DNA of 64,000 nucleotides from an uncultured Verrucomicrobiae bacterium (GTDB lineage Bacteria; Chlamydiota; Chlamydiia; Chlamydiales; Rhabdochlamydiaceae): NCBI GenBank assembly GCA_963806855.1, contig CAWDYW010000001.1, positions 32,001 to 96,000 of the forward strand, read 5' to 3'. Shown piece by piece: positions 11,697 to 19,697 of this stretch (position 1 is its first letter; each line of letters starts with the position of its first letter). The notes under the pieces were generated by a model. It saw only the letters and a program-made list of their open reading frames with translations, ran no database searches and was not told where the DNA came from. The position numbers and the translations under genes were made by a program.

Positions 11697-12015
11697 TTAC
11701 TCCCTTGTTAAATATTTAACGATTCTATAAGTGACATATCCAGCTCCAACAGCCCCAGCGAGAGTTAAAGCAACGGGGGCTGAAAAGGCTGAAAGAGCTA
11801 TATAACTGACTGAGCTACTAGTTATGGTGGATGCGCTTGCGATGGTCGATTTCAAATTAACATTTTTTTTTCTCTGTTCGTGCTATAACTTCAAGAGTAT
11901 TATTGTATGTTTGTTCTGCAGCCTGCAAACGATTTTCTCGTTCACTTATTTCTTGTGACATCATTCTTAAGGCTTCCACGTCAACCTCTGTTCTATGATT
12001 TACTGCCTGTGACAT
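11697..12015 (-). CDS. Small coiled-coil protein with C-terminal hydrophobic hairpin, frameshifted at a homopolymer (not in ORF track)
   Basis: MSQAVNHRTEVDVEALRMMSQEISERENRL... continues after the T-run near 11863-11871 as NVNLKSTIASASTITSSSVSYIALSAFSAPVALTLAGAVGAGYVTYRIVKYLTRE*; AAGGA RBS. Confidence 0.65.
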
Positions 12016-12163
12016 AACAATCCTTCCATACGTTTTTAGTAGCGATATATTAGCTTGTCGATTTATTTTAATTCAAGGATAAATATTCTTTGATTCTAAA
12101 ATCCAATTTCTATAAAATTTGAGACCTTATCTCTATCAAAAAATTATGTTATTTATTTTTACA

Positions 12164-12191
12164 TTGACTTTAATTTGATTCAGTGTATAAT
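12164..12191 (+). promoter_or_regulatory. Sigma70/sigma66-type promoter
   Basis: TTGACT-N16-TATAAT, 31 bp before ATG 12223. Confidence 0.6.
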
Positions 12192-12222
12192 TTGCGCATT
12201 GATCAAAAATTACGGAAAATTT

Positions 12223-12549
12223 ATGGCATTACCTGTCGATCAAGTAAATAATAACGTTCATGTTAACCCTCCAAATCACGATAACTTACGTGAGAGGGTT
12301 GTACAATTATCTCAAAGAGCCAATGACGTTATGCAAAGAAATGCTGAAGCAAAGGCTAGGCTTAACCGCGCTCAAGGAATAACCGAGACCTTAATACCAT
12401 ACGTTAAGAATATAGCAGCTGCTGCAGGAGGGGTTCTTGGGTTTGCAGTATCTAGGGCACTCGGCTCATCGCCCCTAATGATGTGCATTACCGCTGCAGG
12501 CGGAGCAGTAGTCGGACGTCTTATTGGTCGGCATCTCACAAGGCTTTAA
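12223..12549 (+). CDS. Small coiled-coil protein with glycine-zipper-like hydrophobic hairpin
   Basis: MALPVDQV..., AAAAGGVLGFAV and AAGGAVVGRLIG segments. Confidence 0.65.
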   Translation: MALPVDQVNNNVHVNPPNHDNLRERVVQLSQRANDVMQRNAEAKARLNRAQGITETLIPYVKNIAAAAGGVLGFAVSRALGSSPLMMCITAAGGAVVGRLIGRHLTRL

Positions 12550-12641
12550 CCGCCATCTGACTGAATCGATCCATATCCTTGAGGAAAAGCTCGATCCTCT
12601 CATTCGTCACTTTGGAATCGGTGCGCCCATTAACAAGGATA

Positions 12642-12689
12642 GCGAAGGGGAAACACGTACACTGATTATTTGGGCAAGTCGGGGGATAA
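12642..12689 (+). repeat. Degenerate copy of the putA tail fused to a family A terminus
   Basis: 12642-12666 matches 10713-10737 at 22/25; 12669-12689 matches 10803-10823 at 19/21. Confidence 0.7.
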
Positions 12690-12691
12690 TT

Positions 12692-13639
12692 CTAAAAATG
12701 TTCTTGCCTTCTCTTTTTATAATATAAGGCTGCAACATTGCGATTTGCCATATTAACAATTTTAATATCTTTTCCAGCAACCTGTTGCTTTAGATGTTCC
12801 TCAATTGATTCAGCGCGGTTGCTATTAAAAATACCTCCCCATAAATGAATTGTACCTGCATTCAAACCAGTTCTCTCGATCGATCTTGTGAATAGCTTGG
12901 TAATATTTTTGATCGTTTTTTGCACAATAGATTCGGCTTTCCGATCTTGCTTGGCGTATTCGAAAACAATAGGGGCTAATGCAGCGATTTTAGCGGGGGT
13001 AATTTCTCCATTGTACAAACCTGGAATGATGTCTTTCAACTTTTCTACTCCAAAATGGCTTCGGAGAGCAGGCGTGAGCTTTGTCGCGTCACCTTTCTCT
13101 ATTTCTTCCTGAAGTCCTGCTTCAATAGCCATTAAACCGACATGAAAGCCACACCCTTTATCATAATACCTTCCGTATCCGCCGATGCGAGTTGGCTCTT
13201 CAGCTTTCCTTCCTAAACAAATGGAGCCAGTACCTGCGATTAATATGGATCCATCTCCATCGATTAAATTAAGCGACATATTTGCGTCTGCCTGCAAAGT
13301 CAAACTTTCTTTAGAGAATCCAAAATCGCTTAGAATCATCGCCATTTTATCAATATTTACAGCATTTCCCAGCCCAGCCATTCCAGCAACAATCGAGCAA
13401 CTTTTTGCTAACTCTAAAAGAGATTTACCCTTGATCCGAGTATTTTGGAACAGATCCTTGAATAACTCTTTAGCCTTTTGCTCACCAATAAGATTGATAT
13501 TGCATCCAGCAACTTTAGCTGTATCGACTTCCTGATTTCTAAATTCGATTGGAACGAGATTTCCTGAGTCATCATAAACTTCGAGAAGGGTTTTCGTGCC
13601 CCCAGAATCAATGCATAATGTATAAGAGCAAGCTTGCAT
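12692..13639 (-). CDS. BadF/BadG/BcrA/BcrD-type ATPase (N-acetylglucosamine/MurNAc kinase-like)
   Basis: IDSGGTKT, GMAG, ILIAGTGSI, RIGGYG, GGIF ASKHA motifs. Confidence 0.85.
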   Translation of the reverse strand: MQACSYTLCIDSGGTKTLLEVYDDSGNLVPIEFRNQEVDTAKVAGCNINLIGEQKAKELFKDLFQNTRIKGKSLLELAKSCSIVAGMAGLGNAVNIDKMAMILSDFGFSKESLTLQADANMSLNLIDGDGSILIAGTGSICLGRKAEEPTRIGGYGRYYDKGCGFHVGLMAIEAGLQEEIEKGDATKLTPALRSHFGVEKLKDIIPGLYNGEITPAKIAALAPIVFEYAKQDRKAESIVQKTIKNITKLFTRSIERTGLNAGTIHLWGGIFNSNRAESIEEHLKQQVAGKDIKIVNMANRNVAALYYKKRRQEHF

Positions 13640-13826
13640 GTTTGTCCTCCAAAAAAAAGGAGAGTCTAGATCGAGAAGAAATTCTTCTCAAGCAAAACAA
13701 ATTAGGGGAACCATCCGAAACAAATTTTCTCATTCGACAACCTTGAAACAAATCTATTGATTTAATAGACAAAATATCACAAATTCAGTTTTAATTTATT
13801 CAAACAAATAATATTACGAGGTTTTT

Positions 13827-14726
13827 ATGAATATAGCAAGATCTTTAGCTGCACAGTCATGTGGTGTTTATATAGGGGCAGATGGAATCCATGATTTGGT
13901 TTTTCGAGACGATCGACGAAATGCGAGGGTTAAAATGATAGTCGGATTTGGGATAACTTTTGTTGCTAGTGTGCTTGACCCCGCATCCTTATCTCTTGTG
14001 AATCAATTTTATCTTCCTACATCACTTCTTGCAGCACCCGCACTTCTGTCACTGGGAATTGCACAAATATCTGATGGAGTGAACGCTCGGCAAAATGGGC
14101 AAAGCGGGAAAGTGGCTTTTTGTACTGGAACTATTATTATCGCTTTTGCCGTTTATTGCTTTTACAAGGGCTATGGAAATCTTCCGGTAGATAGTCTGGA
14201 GAGATCGCCAGATCAAAAAGCATGTATAGATACTCTTAATGATGGTTTTGGGGCTCTTCCACCTAATGTTCTAAATGGATCTATTGGTAAGGTTTATAAG
14301 CATTCTGATTCTTGTTCTATTAAATGCAATAATTGGTTCCACGAGAGTAATGTAGAGTGGCATCACTCTTATAAACCACTTGATAAAATGAGCATTGGTG
14401 TTCGTAGCCCTAATTATTTTCGCATTTATGACGAAGAATATAATTGTAATTCTACAATATTGGGCAAGGCAATAGAAGTTTGTAAAAGAGTTTTAGCACA
14501 AGGCTTTGGAGGTATCCCGCCACTAAATTTAAGTCTATTTAAGAAAATATCCACAAGTATTAAACCAGAAAAAAATTATGCTTTATGTGAAATTCTTTTA
14601 AGTAAAGAGGCCGCGAAATTATTTAATGCGACTTCCTCTGGACCTCGCTGGTCGCATAGTTTTAACATTAAACTGGCAGATGACTGTTTGTTAGATGCGG
14701 ACCTGTATAGCTTTCGTTTTGATTGA
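13827..14726 (+). CDS. Hypothetical membrane-anchored protein with Cys-rich C-terminal domain
   Basis: 299-aa ORF, N-terminal hydrophobic segments, GAGG RBS, low GC. Confidence 0.6.
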   Translation: MNIARSLAAQSCGVYIGADGIHDLVFRDDRRNARVKMIVGFGITFVASVLDPASLSLVNQFYLPTSLLAAPALLSLGIAQISDGVNARQNGQSGKVAFCTGTIIIAFAVYCFYKGYGNLPVDSLERSPDQKACIDTLNDGFGALPPNVLNGSIGKVYKHSDSCSIKCNNWFHESNVEWHHSYKPLDKMSIGVRSPNYFRIYDEEYNCNSTILGKAIEVCKRVLAQGFGGIPPLNLSLFKKISTSIKPEKNYALCEILLSKEAAKLFNATSSGPRWSHSFNIKLADDCLLDADLYSFRFD

Positions 14727-14759
14727 AAGGGAATCCTGAAGATCCAATACTTTAAAGCA

Positions 14760-14788
14760 TTGACATCAAGTATTTTTTGAAATAGTAT
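14760..14788 (+). promoter_or_regulatory. Sigma70-type promoter of the TPR-ART gene
   Basis: TTGACA-N17-TAGTAT. Confidence 0.6.
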
Positions 14789-14815
14789 TATGCCCCTTTT
14801 TTGATAAAGGGGCTT

Positions 14816-17020
14816 ATGTCATCAGTTTCAGGATTTTTTAAAAGTCAGCCTTCTGATCCTGTCGATGTAGCCAAACTGCTAAGAGAAATCGAAGACATTG
14901 AAACAAAAACAAAATCTGTCATAGCAATGACCGACTCGGGTAACGTTCAGCAAACGCGGAAAGCTTTTGCATTCGCTAAAGAGGGCGCCTTTCTGCTCGG
15001 CGCAAAATTTTTTCAACTCGCCAAATTTTATTCTTCTTCTGAAGATCAAAGGGCGAGCGCTAAACATTATTGGAAAAGCGGACTAAAGTGGTTGAAAGAC
15101 TTTAGCCAGTATCCAACTGATCGGAAGGATCTAAATTTTAGTAACTGGCTTGAGATCTCCACTTTTTATTTTCAGCGCATAGAATTAAATTGGGACCCTG
15201 AAAAAAAAGGGAAACTGCTTAAAAAGGCCCTGAAAGCGATTGACCAGGCCCTTGCTATAGATCCCAACTCTTCGATAGCAATAAATCGTAAATTTCTGTT
15301 CCTTCAAATGTTGGACGAATCGGGAGAAGTACCGCCTGAAGAACCAACCCCATGGTTAAAGCGGTATTTAGATCTTCATCCAGATCCTAATTCAGAAGAT
15401 TATTTACGCTATGCACATCTCTATGGTGGGGAATTAGCAAAAAAAGGGAACGTAGATCAGGCAACTTCGTGGTTTAAATTCCTCCTTGCGAAGAAGCCTC
15501 ATCCAATTACCTACTTGTGTCTTGGAAGAGTACAGAATCAAATGAAAAGAACGGACCTTGCTTTGGGTTCTATTCAGGAGGCTCTCCGGCTCGCCCCTGA
15601 AAATTTGGAAATAAAATTATGGCTCATCTCTGTAAAAGTTCAGGATCGAATTAACACATTCCGTCAGATGAACCGTCATCCTGCGCAGGGAGAGATTGAA
15701 GACTGTGTCGCAACATGTAATGAGTTTTGTACATTATTTGCTCAACATGGGGGTCAGTTTGCAGGGACCACTTCGACATTCGGTTCAATGCAAGCCCTAG
15801 CCAGAGACATTTACATGACTCAGCTTCCGGAAATGGCAAATATTTTAAGTCACCTTCAGCAATATGACTTTGCGCTCTCGCTTTATGAGCAAATCTTAAA
15901 TATCTCTCCGCTCTATTTACGTTTAAACCTTTTCAATCCCTCTGAAATCGTAAAACTCCATTCGACTATAGGCGGATTGTGTTTAAAATTGGAAAAATAT
16001 GTAGATGCAGAATACCATTTATTAAAAGCAATTCAGCTAGATAAAACCTATCTTGTCGCATATGAAAATCTAATCGCAGTTTACTCATCTCAAAAAGATA
16101 AGCCCTTGTTGGACGGTTTGTGGATTCTAGTAGAGCCCCTAATAGCCAATACTGATCAAACTGAATTGGCATCTAGCATCCTGTTCAACTTCGGTACCGC
16201 ATACACAGTGTTAGCTAAAGAAGCTTCAGATCCCCAATTAGAAACCGGTAAAGAATTTTACAGACGCGCCCTCGAATGCGACCCGGATAACCTCGGCGCC
16301 AAAATTATGCTGGCCAGAGTACTGGTCATTTCGGGTGAGCGGCGAGATTGGGAGCAAGCTAAAGACTTATTAACTCAAAAAAGGGACACAAGTCATCCTT
16401 TTGAAGAGGCTCCATTTAAACTCTTTCAGCGCCATTACTGCCTTGCGGGTATTCTTGCCCTACTCAATGAAATTCCCGAGGCAAAAAAAGCGGCAATCGA
16501 AGCAGGCAAAACCCGTGTTGATCCTGCGCAGGTTCATCTCTTACAAAGCTATCTAGAAAACCATAATAAAGTAGAATATGCAACTTTTTGTGCTCAAATA
16601 ATTGAATCGATAAGAAAAGTTGAAATAGGTTGTCGAATAGGTAAATTTATTAATCCTGAAGCGATCCCAATCGAAGCAGGCAATTTTATTGGGTATCATG
16701 GGACAACCGATAGCTTTGCGGCTGAAATCCAAAAAAAGATAGTCCCCTGCGGAGCAAAAAATCGTCAATTTGATGGGAAAGGATTCTATATCGCTGAGAA
16801 TAAAGATATCGCCCGTTACTTCGCAATCCGGAAAGCCCGTGAAGAACAACAGGGGCGCCCTGTCCTCCTCAAAGTCTATTCTACAGCCAAACTTGTAGGT
16901 CAAGTAGTGGACCCATTCTTCAAAGTGAAAAAGGGCGTATCAACACAATACGATTTTATCAAATCCCAGATTAATGGTTATGAAGCCTTCCATCAACACT
17001 ATGTTTTTGAAATAGTTTAG
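14816..17020 (+). CDS. TPR-repeat protein with C-terminal ADP-ribosyltransferase-like domain; ancestral end possibly at 17115
   Basis: Repeated TPR signatures (ALAIDPN, ALRLAPEN, AIQLDKT, ALECDPDN); C-terminal GYHGT...GKGFYIAEN...ARYFA. Confidence 0.75.
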   Translation: MSSVSGFFKSQPSDPVDVAKLLREIEDIETKTKSVIAMTDSGNVQQTRKAFAFAKEGAFLLGAKFFQLAKFYSSSEDQRASAKHYWKSGLKWLKDFSQYPTDRKDLNFSNWLEISTFYFQRIELNWDPEKKGKLLKKALKAIDQALAIDPNSSIAINRKFLFLQMLDESGEVPPEEPTPWLKRYLDLHPDPNSEDYLRYAHLYGGELAKKGNVDQATSWFKFLLAKKPHPITYLCLGRVQNQMKRTDLALGSIQEALRLAPENLEIKLWLISVKVQDRINTFRQMNRHPAQGEIEDCVATCNEFCTLFAQHGGQFAGTTSTFGSMQALARDIYMTQLPEMANILSHLQQYDFALSLYEQILNISPLYLRLNLFNPSEIVKLHSTIGGLCLKLEKYVDAEYHLLKAIQLDKTYLVAYENLIAVYSSQKDKPLLDGLWILVEPLIANTDQTELASSILFNFGTAYTVLAKEASDPQLETGKEFYRRALECDPDNLGAKIMLARVLVISGERRDWEQAKDLLTQKRDTSHPFEEAPFKLFQRHYCLAGILALLNEIPEAKKAAIEAGKTRVDPAQVHLLQSYLENHNKVEYATFCAQIIESIRKVEIGCRIGKFINPEAIPIEAGNFIGYHGTTDSFAAEIQKKIVPCGAKNRQFDGKGFYIAENKDIARYFAIRKAREEQQGRPVLLKVYSTAKLVGQVVDPFFKVKKGVSTQYDFIKSQINGYEAFHQHYVFEIV

Positions 17021-17066
17021 ATAAATTGTCCGCCTAAGAGGAGCAAGAACCAGTAACCTGGTCAGA

Positions 17067-17687
17067 TCAAGAATTTGATGCCTTTCTTAAAACTTGGACC
17101 CGTTCAGGCTGTTGATTCATTAATCCCTGAACTAATACTTCAACCAAGAAACCAATATATGCTTTCTCAGCTAACGGAGTTCCAATAAATACATTGGGAT
17201 CCATTGCTGCAGAACTCGCTATCGATGCAATCATAGTCAAAATGAACTCAGGCTTATGCTTTTTATCAATAGCACCCTTTTTCTGATAATACTCAAAAAC
17301 ATGTATCCACTCTTTAGCAGCCTCAGACTCGGTCAAGCCAGTTTGAGCCTTTTGATCACGCTCCACTCTCTGCCAATGAATCAATTTAGCGATATCGGGA
17401 TTTTCTCTGTAAAATGAGATACTTCTCCCTATCAATTCTGCTAAAAAATCGGCCCACGATAAAGTTGTACTTGGCAAGATATTCGCCTGCTTATTGGCCT
17501 TCTTAACAATACTATCCTTAACTGCAACCCACAACCCCTCTTTATTCACAAAATGGTGATAAAGCAGACTGTGATTGACCGAAGCAAGCTTAGCAATTTT
17601 CCCCATCGAGGTGCCAGCAAAACCATTTTCTACAAAGAGTTGCCTTGCAGCTTCTAAGATTCTTAATTTAGTGCTGTCTTCATTCAT
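17067..17687 (-). CDS. TetR/AcrR-family regulator
   Basis: RILEAARQLFVENGFAGTSMGKIAKLASVNHSLLYHHFVNKEGL. Confidence 0.93.
   Translation of the reverse strand: MNEDSTKLRILEAARQLFVENGFAGTSMGKIAKLASVNHSLLYHHFVNKEGLWVAVKDSIVKKANKQANILPSTTLSWADFLAELIGRSISFYRENPDIAKLIHWQRVERDQKAQTGLTESEAAKEWIHVFEYYQKKGAIDKKHKPEFILTMIASIASSAAMDPNVFIGTPLAEKAYIGFLVEVLVQGLMNQQPERVQVLRKASNS
17094..17117 (+). repeat. 24-bp direct repeat copy 1 flanking the TetR/VOC pair
   Basis: ttggacccgttcaggctgttgatt, 22/24 to 18224-18247. Confidence 0.75.
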
Positions 17688-18067
17688 TTTATGTTGATTT
17701 CCTCAATATTAAGAGAACCCCCTTCCAATGCCATTAGTTCCTCATCAGTCAGCGAAGTCTCAACAAATTCAATTGGGAAACCCTCTTCAGTAATAATCAT
17801 AGCCACACGAAATCCCTTAATTGGAAAATAGGGGCCAAAAACCACATTTTTCCCTTGTATTTCAGCATCAAGATCATCGACTCGAAATGCAATGTGCGGC
17901 ACAGTTTTTACGATCTCAGGAAGTTCACAATCCTTATCAAAACGGTGCCATTGTATCCTATATTCACCGGCTCCAAATGGTGTCGCTGTGAACTTAAGAT
18001 TTTCATAATATACCTCCCCCTCCTTAACCTCTTGAGTGGGGATCCCCATATGATGGTAATGCCTCAT
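17684..18067 (-). CDS. VOC/glyoxalase-like protein
   Basis: YHHMGIPT, PHIAFRVDDLD, PIEFVE metal-ligand pattern. Confidence 0.75.
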   Translation of the reverse strand: MRHYHHMGIPTQEVKEGEVYYENLKFTATPFGAGEYRIQWHRFDKDCELPEIVKTVPHIAFRVDDLDAEIQGKNVVFGPYFPIKGFRVAMIITEEGFPIEFVETSLTDEELMALEGGSLNIEEINIK

Positions 18068-18096
18068 AGTGGCCCTCCTTATCTTTATATAAGGCT

Positions 18097-18125
18097 ATTA
18101 TAGCATTAACTGACCAATCAGTCAA
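18097..18125 (-). promoter_or_regulatory. Promoter of the VOC-tetR operon with overlapping palindromic operator
   Basis: Minus strand TTGACT-N17-TATAAT; inverted repeat ACTGA-ccaa-TCAGT at 18109-18122. Confidence 0.75.
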
Positions 18126-18223
18126 CCCCCCCCACCCCCTTAAATTTGTTGCCAAACTGACGCTGCAAAATCCGATTCTTCAGCTTGTTTCGGAATGTTT
18201 TTAGGGCACCTTCCGCTGTTGAA

Positions 18224-18247
18224 TTGGACCCATTCAGGCCGTTGATT
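18224..18247 (+). repeat. 24-bp direct repeat copy 2
   Basis: ttggacccattcaggccgttgatt. Confidence 0.75.
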
Positions 18248-18291
18248 TGCAAGCAACTAAAAATTAGCGCATTAAGGAATTATTGCTCCAA

Positions 18292-18312
18292 ATATCATGA
18301 TATGGTACCATA
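18292..18312. promoter_or_regulatory. Probable VapBC autorepression operator
   Basis: Two overlapping perfect 12-bp palindromes, ATATCATGATAT and TATGGTACCATA, just upstream of the antitoxin ATG. Confidence 0.6.
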
Positions 18313-18335
18313 ATGGTATTAGTCAGAGGTATCAT

Positions 18336-18593
18336 ATGTCAGCATCCAATTTTAATTTAAGAGGTATCCCCTCCGAAGTCATGACCCTCTTAAAAAAGGA
18401 GGCAAAAAGATTGCATATCAGCGTCAATACATTAGTGTTAAAAATAATCGAAAGTGGATTGGGACTCACATATGAAAAGCCTATTCACCATGACTTAGAT
18501 CATTTAGCCGGCTCATGGTCAGCAAAAGAAGCAGAAGAATTTACAGAAAACACCCTGTTTTTCGAGCAAATCGACAAGGAGCTGTGGAAATGA
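18336..18593 (+). CDS. Ribbon-helix-helix antitoxin (FitA/VapB-like)
   Basis: FNLRGIPSEVMTLLKKEAKRLHISVNTLV RHH pattern, LDHLAGSW tail, ATGA-coupled to a PIN toxin. Confidence 0.85.
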   Translation: MSASNFNLRGIPSEVMTLLKKEAKRLHISVNTLVLKIIESGLGLTYEKPIHHDLDHLAGSWSAKEAEEFTENTLFFEQIDKELWK

Positions 18594-19000
18594 GGCCCAT
18601 ATTAATTGATACAAACGCTTATGCAGCATTTAAGAGAGGGGAATCTTCAGTTATAGAAGTCATTCAATATGCTGATACTCTTGCCATCAGCCCAGTTGTA
18701 TTAGGTGAGCTATTAGGTGGTTTCGATTTTGGTAATAAAGCAAAAAAAAACCGCACAGAACTGCAGCACTTTCTCCAATCTTCCAGAATCAGGCTATTCC
18801 CGATTACTTCAGATACAGCAAATTATTACAGCCAGATCTATTTATCTTTAAAAAACAAAGGAAAGCCAATCCCAACTAATGATATGTGGATTGCGGCCCA
18901 ATCGCTCGAAAATGGATGTGTTCTCTGCTCTTTCGATCAACATTTTAAAGTTATTGAAGGATTAATTTCTGGAACGACCATTTCTGAATTGATCCTCTAA
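18590..19000 (+). CDS. vapC: VapC-family PIN-domain toxin
   Basis: ILIDTNAY, VLGELLGG, IPTNDMWIAA, SFDQHF. Confidence 0.93.
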   Translation: MRPILIDTNAYAAFKRGESSVIEVIQYADTLAISPVVLGELLGGFDFGNKAKKNRTELQHFLQSSRIRLFPITSDTANYYSQIYLSLKNKGKPIPTNDMWIAAQSLENGCVLCSFDQHFKVIEGLISGTTISELIL

Positions 19001-19581
19001 GAAAAATAGGCCCCTAACCCTTCTTGGGTCGGCTTCATTGCTCTTTCGCCCTTTTTCCAGTTAGCGGGGCAGACCTCTCCATGTTGTTCATGGAATCTGA
19101 GAGCCTCGAGCACACGAATCACCTCAGCAACGCTGCGGCCGATCGGCAAATCGTTGACGAGCTGATGCCGAATCACCCCTTCCTTATCGATGACGAAGAG
19201 CCCGCGGAAGGCGATCCCGGCCTGTTCATCAAGGACATGATAAGCCCGGGCTACTTCTTTATTTATGTCGGCAATGAGCGGATAGGTGACGCCGGCGATC
19301 CCACCGCGATTAGATGGGGTATTGAGCCAGGCGAGATGGCAGTAAGGGCTATCAATGGAGCACCCAATCACTTGCGCATCGAGCTGCTCAAAATGTTCTA
19401 AAGCCTCTTGAAAGGCGTGCAGTTCAGTCGGGCAGACAAAGGTAAAATCGAGAGGATAGAAAAAAAGGACAATGTATTTACCCTGAAAACGATCTAAAGA
19501 AAAATCAGAAACAATCTGACCATCGCAAATAGCAGATTCTTTAAAAACGGGGGCTTTTTTGCCAATCAATAAATTACTCAT
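18997..19581 (-). CDS. ahpC: 2-Cys peroxiredoxin
   Basis: FYPLDFTFVCPTE and GEVCPANW. Confidence 0.96.
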   Translation of the reverse strand: MSNLLIGKKAPVFKESAICDGQIVSDFSLDRFQGKYIVLFFYPLDFTFVCPTELHAFQEALEHFEQLDAQVIGCSIDSPYCHLAWLNTPSNRGGIAGVTYPLIADINKEVARAYHVLDEQAGIAFRGLFVIDKEGVIRHQLVNDLPIGRSVAEVIRVLEALRFHEQHGEVCPANWKKGERAMKPTQEGLGAYFS

Positions 19582-19697
19582 AAACATCCTCCAAAAGGAC
19601 ACATTATATACAAATTTAATTTTTTTGTCCCCATGAATTTTAATTATTGCATTAAATAATATTTTCAATATAATTTTCACATTAAAATGGAGATTTT

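Noticed and set aside
18256..18276. Possible copy of the ahpC tail bracketing vapBC
   Set aside because: Only a weak AT-rich resemblance to 18997-19020
10745..19000. Integron cassette array or prophage
   Set aside because: No integrase, no shared attC-like site, mixed gene orientation and no phage genes
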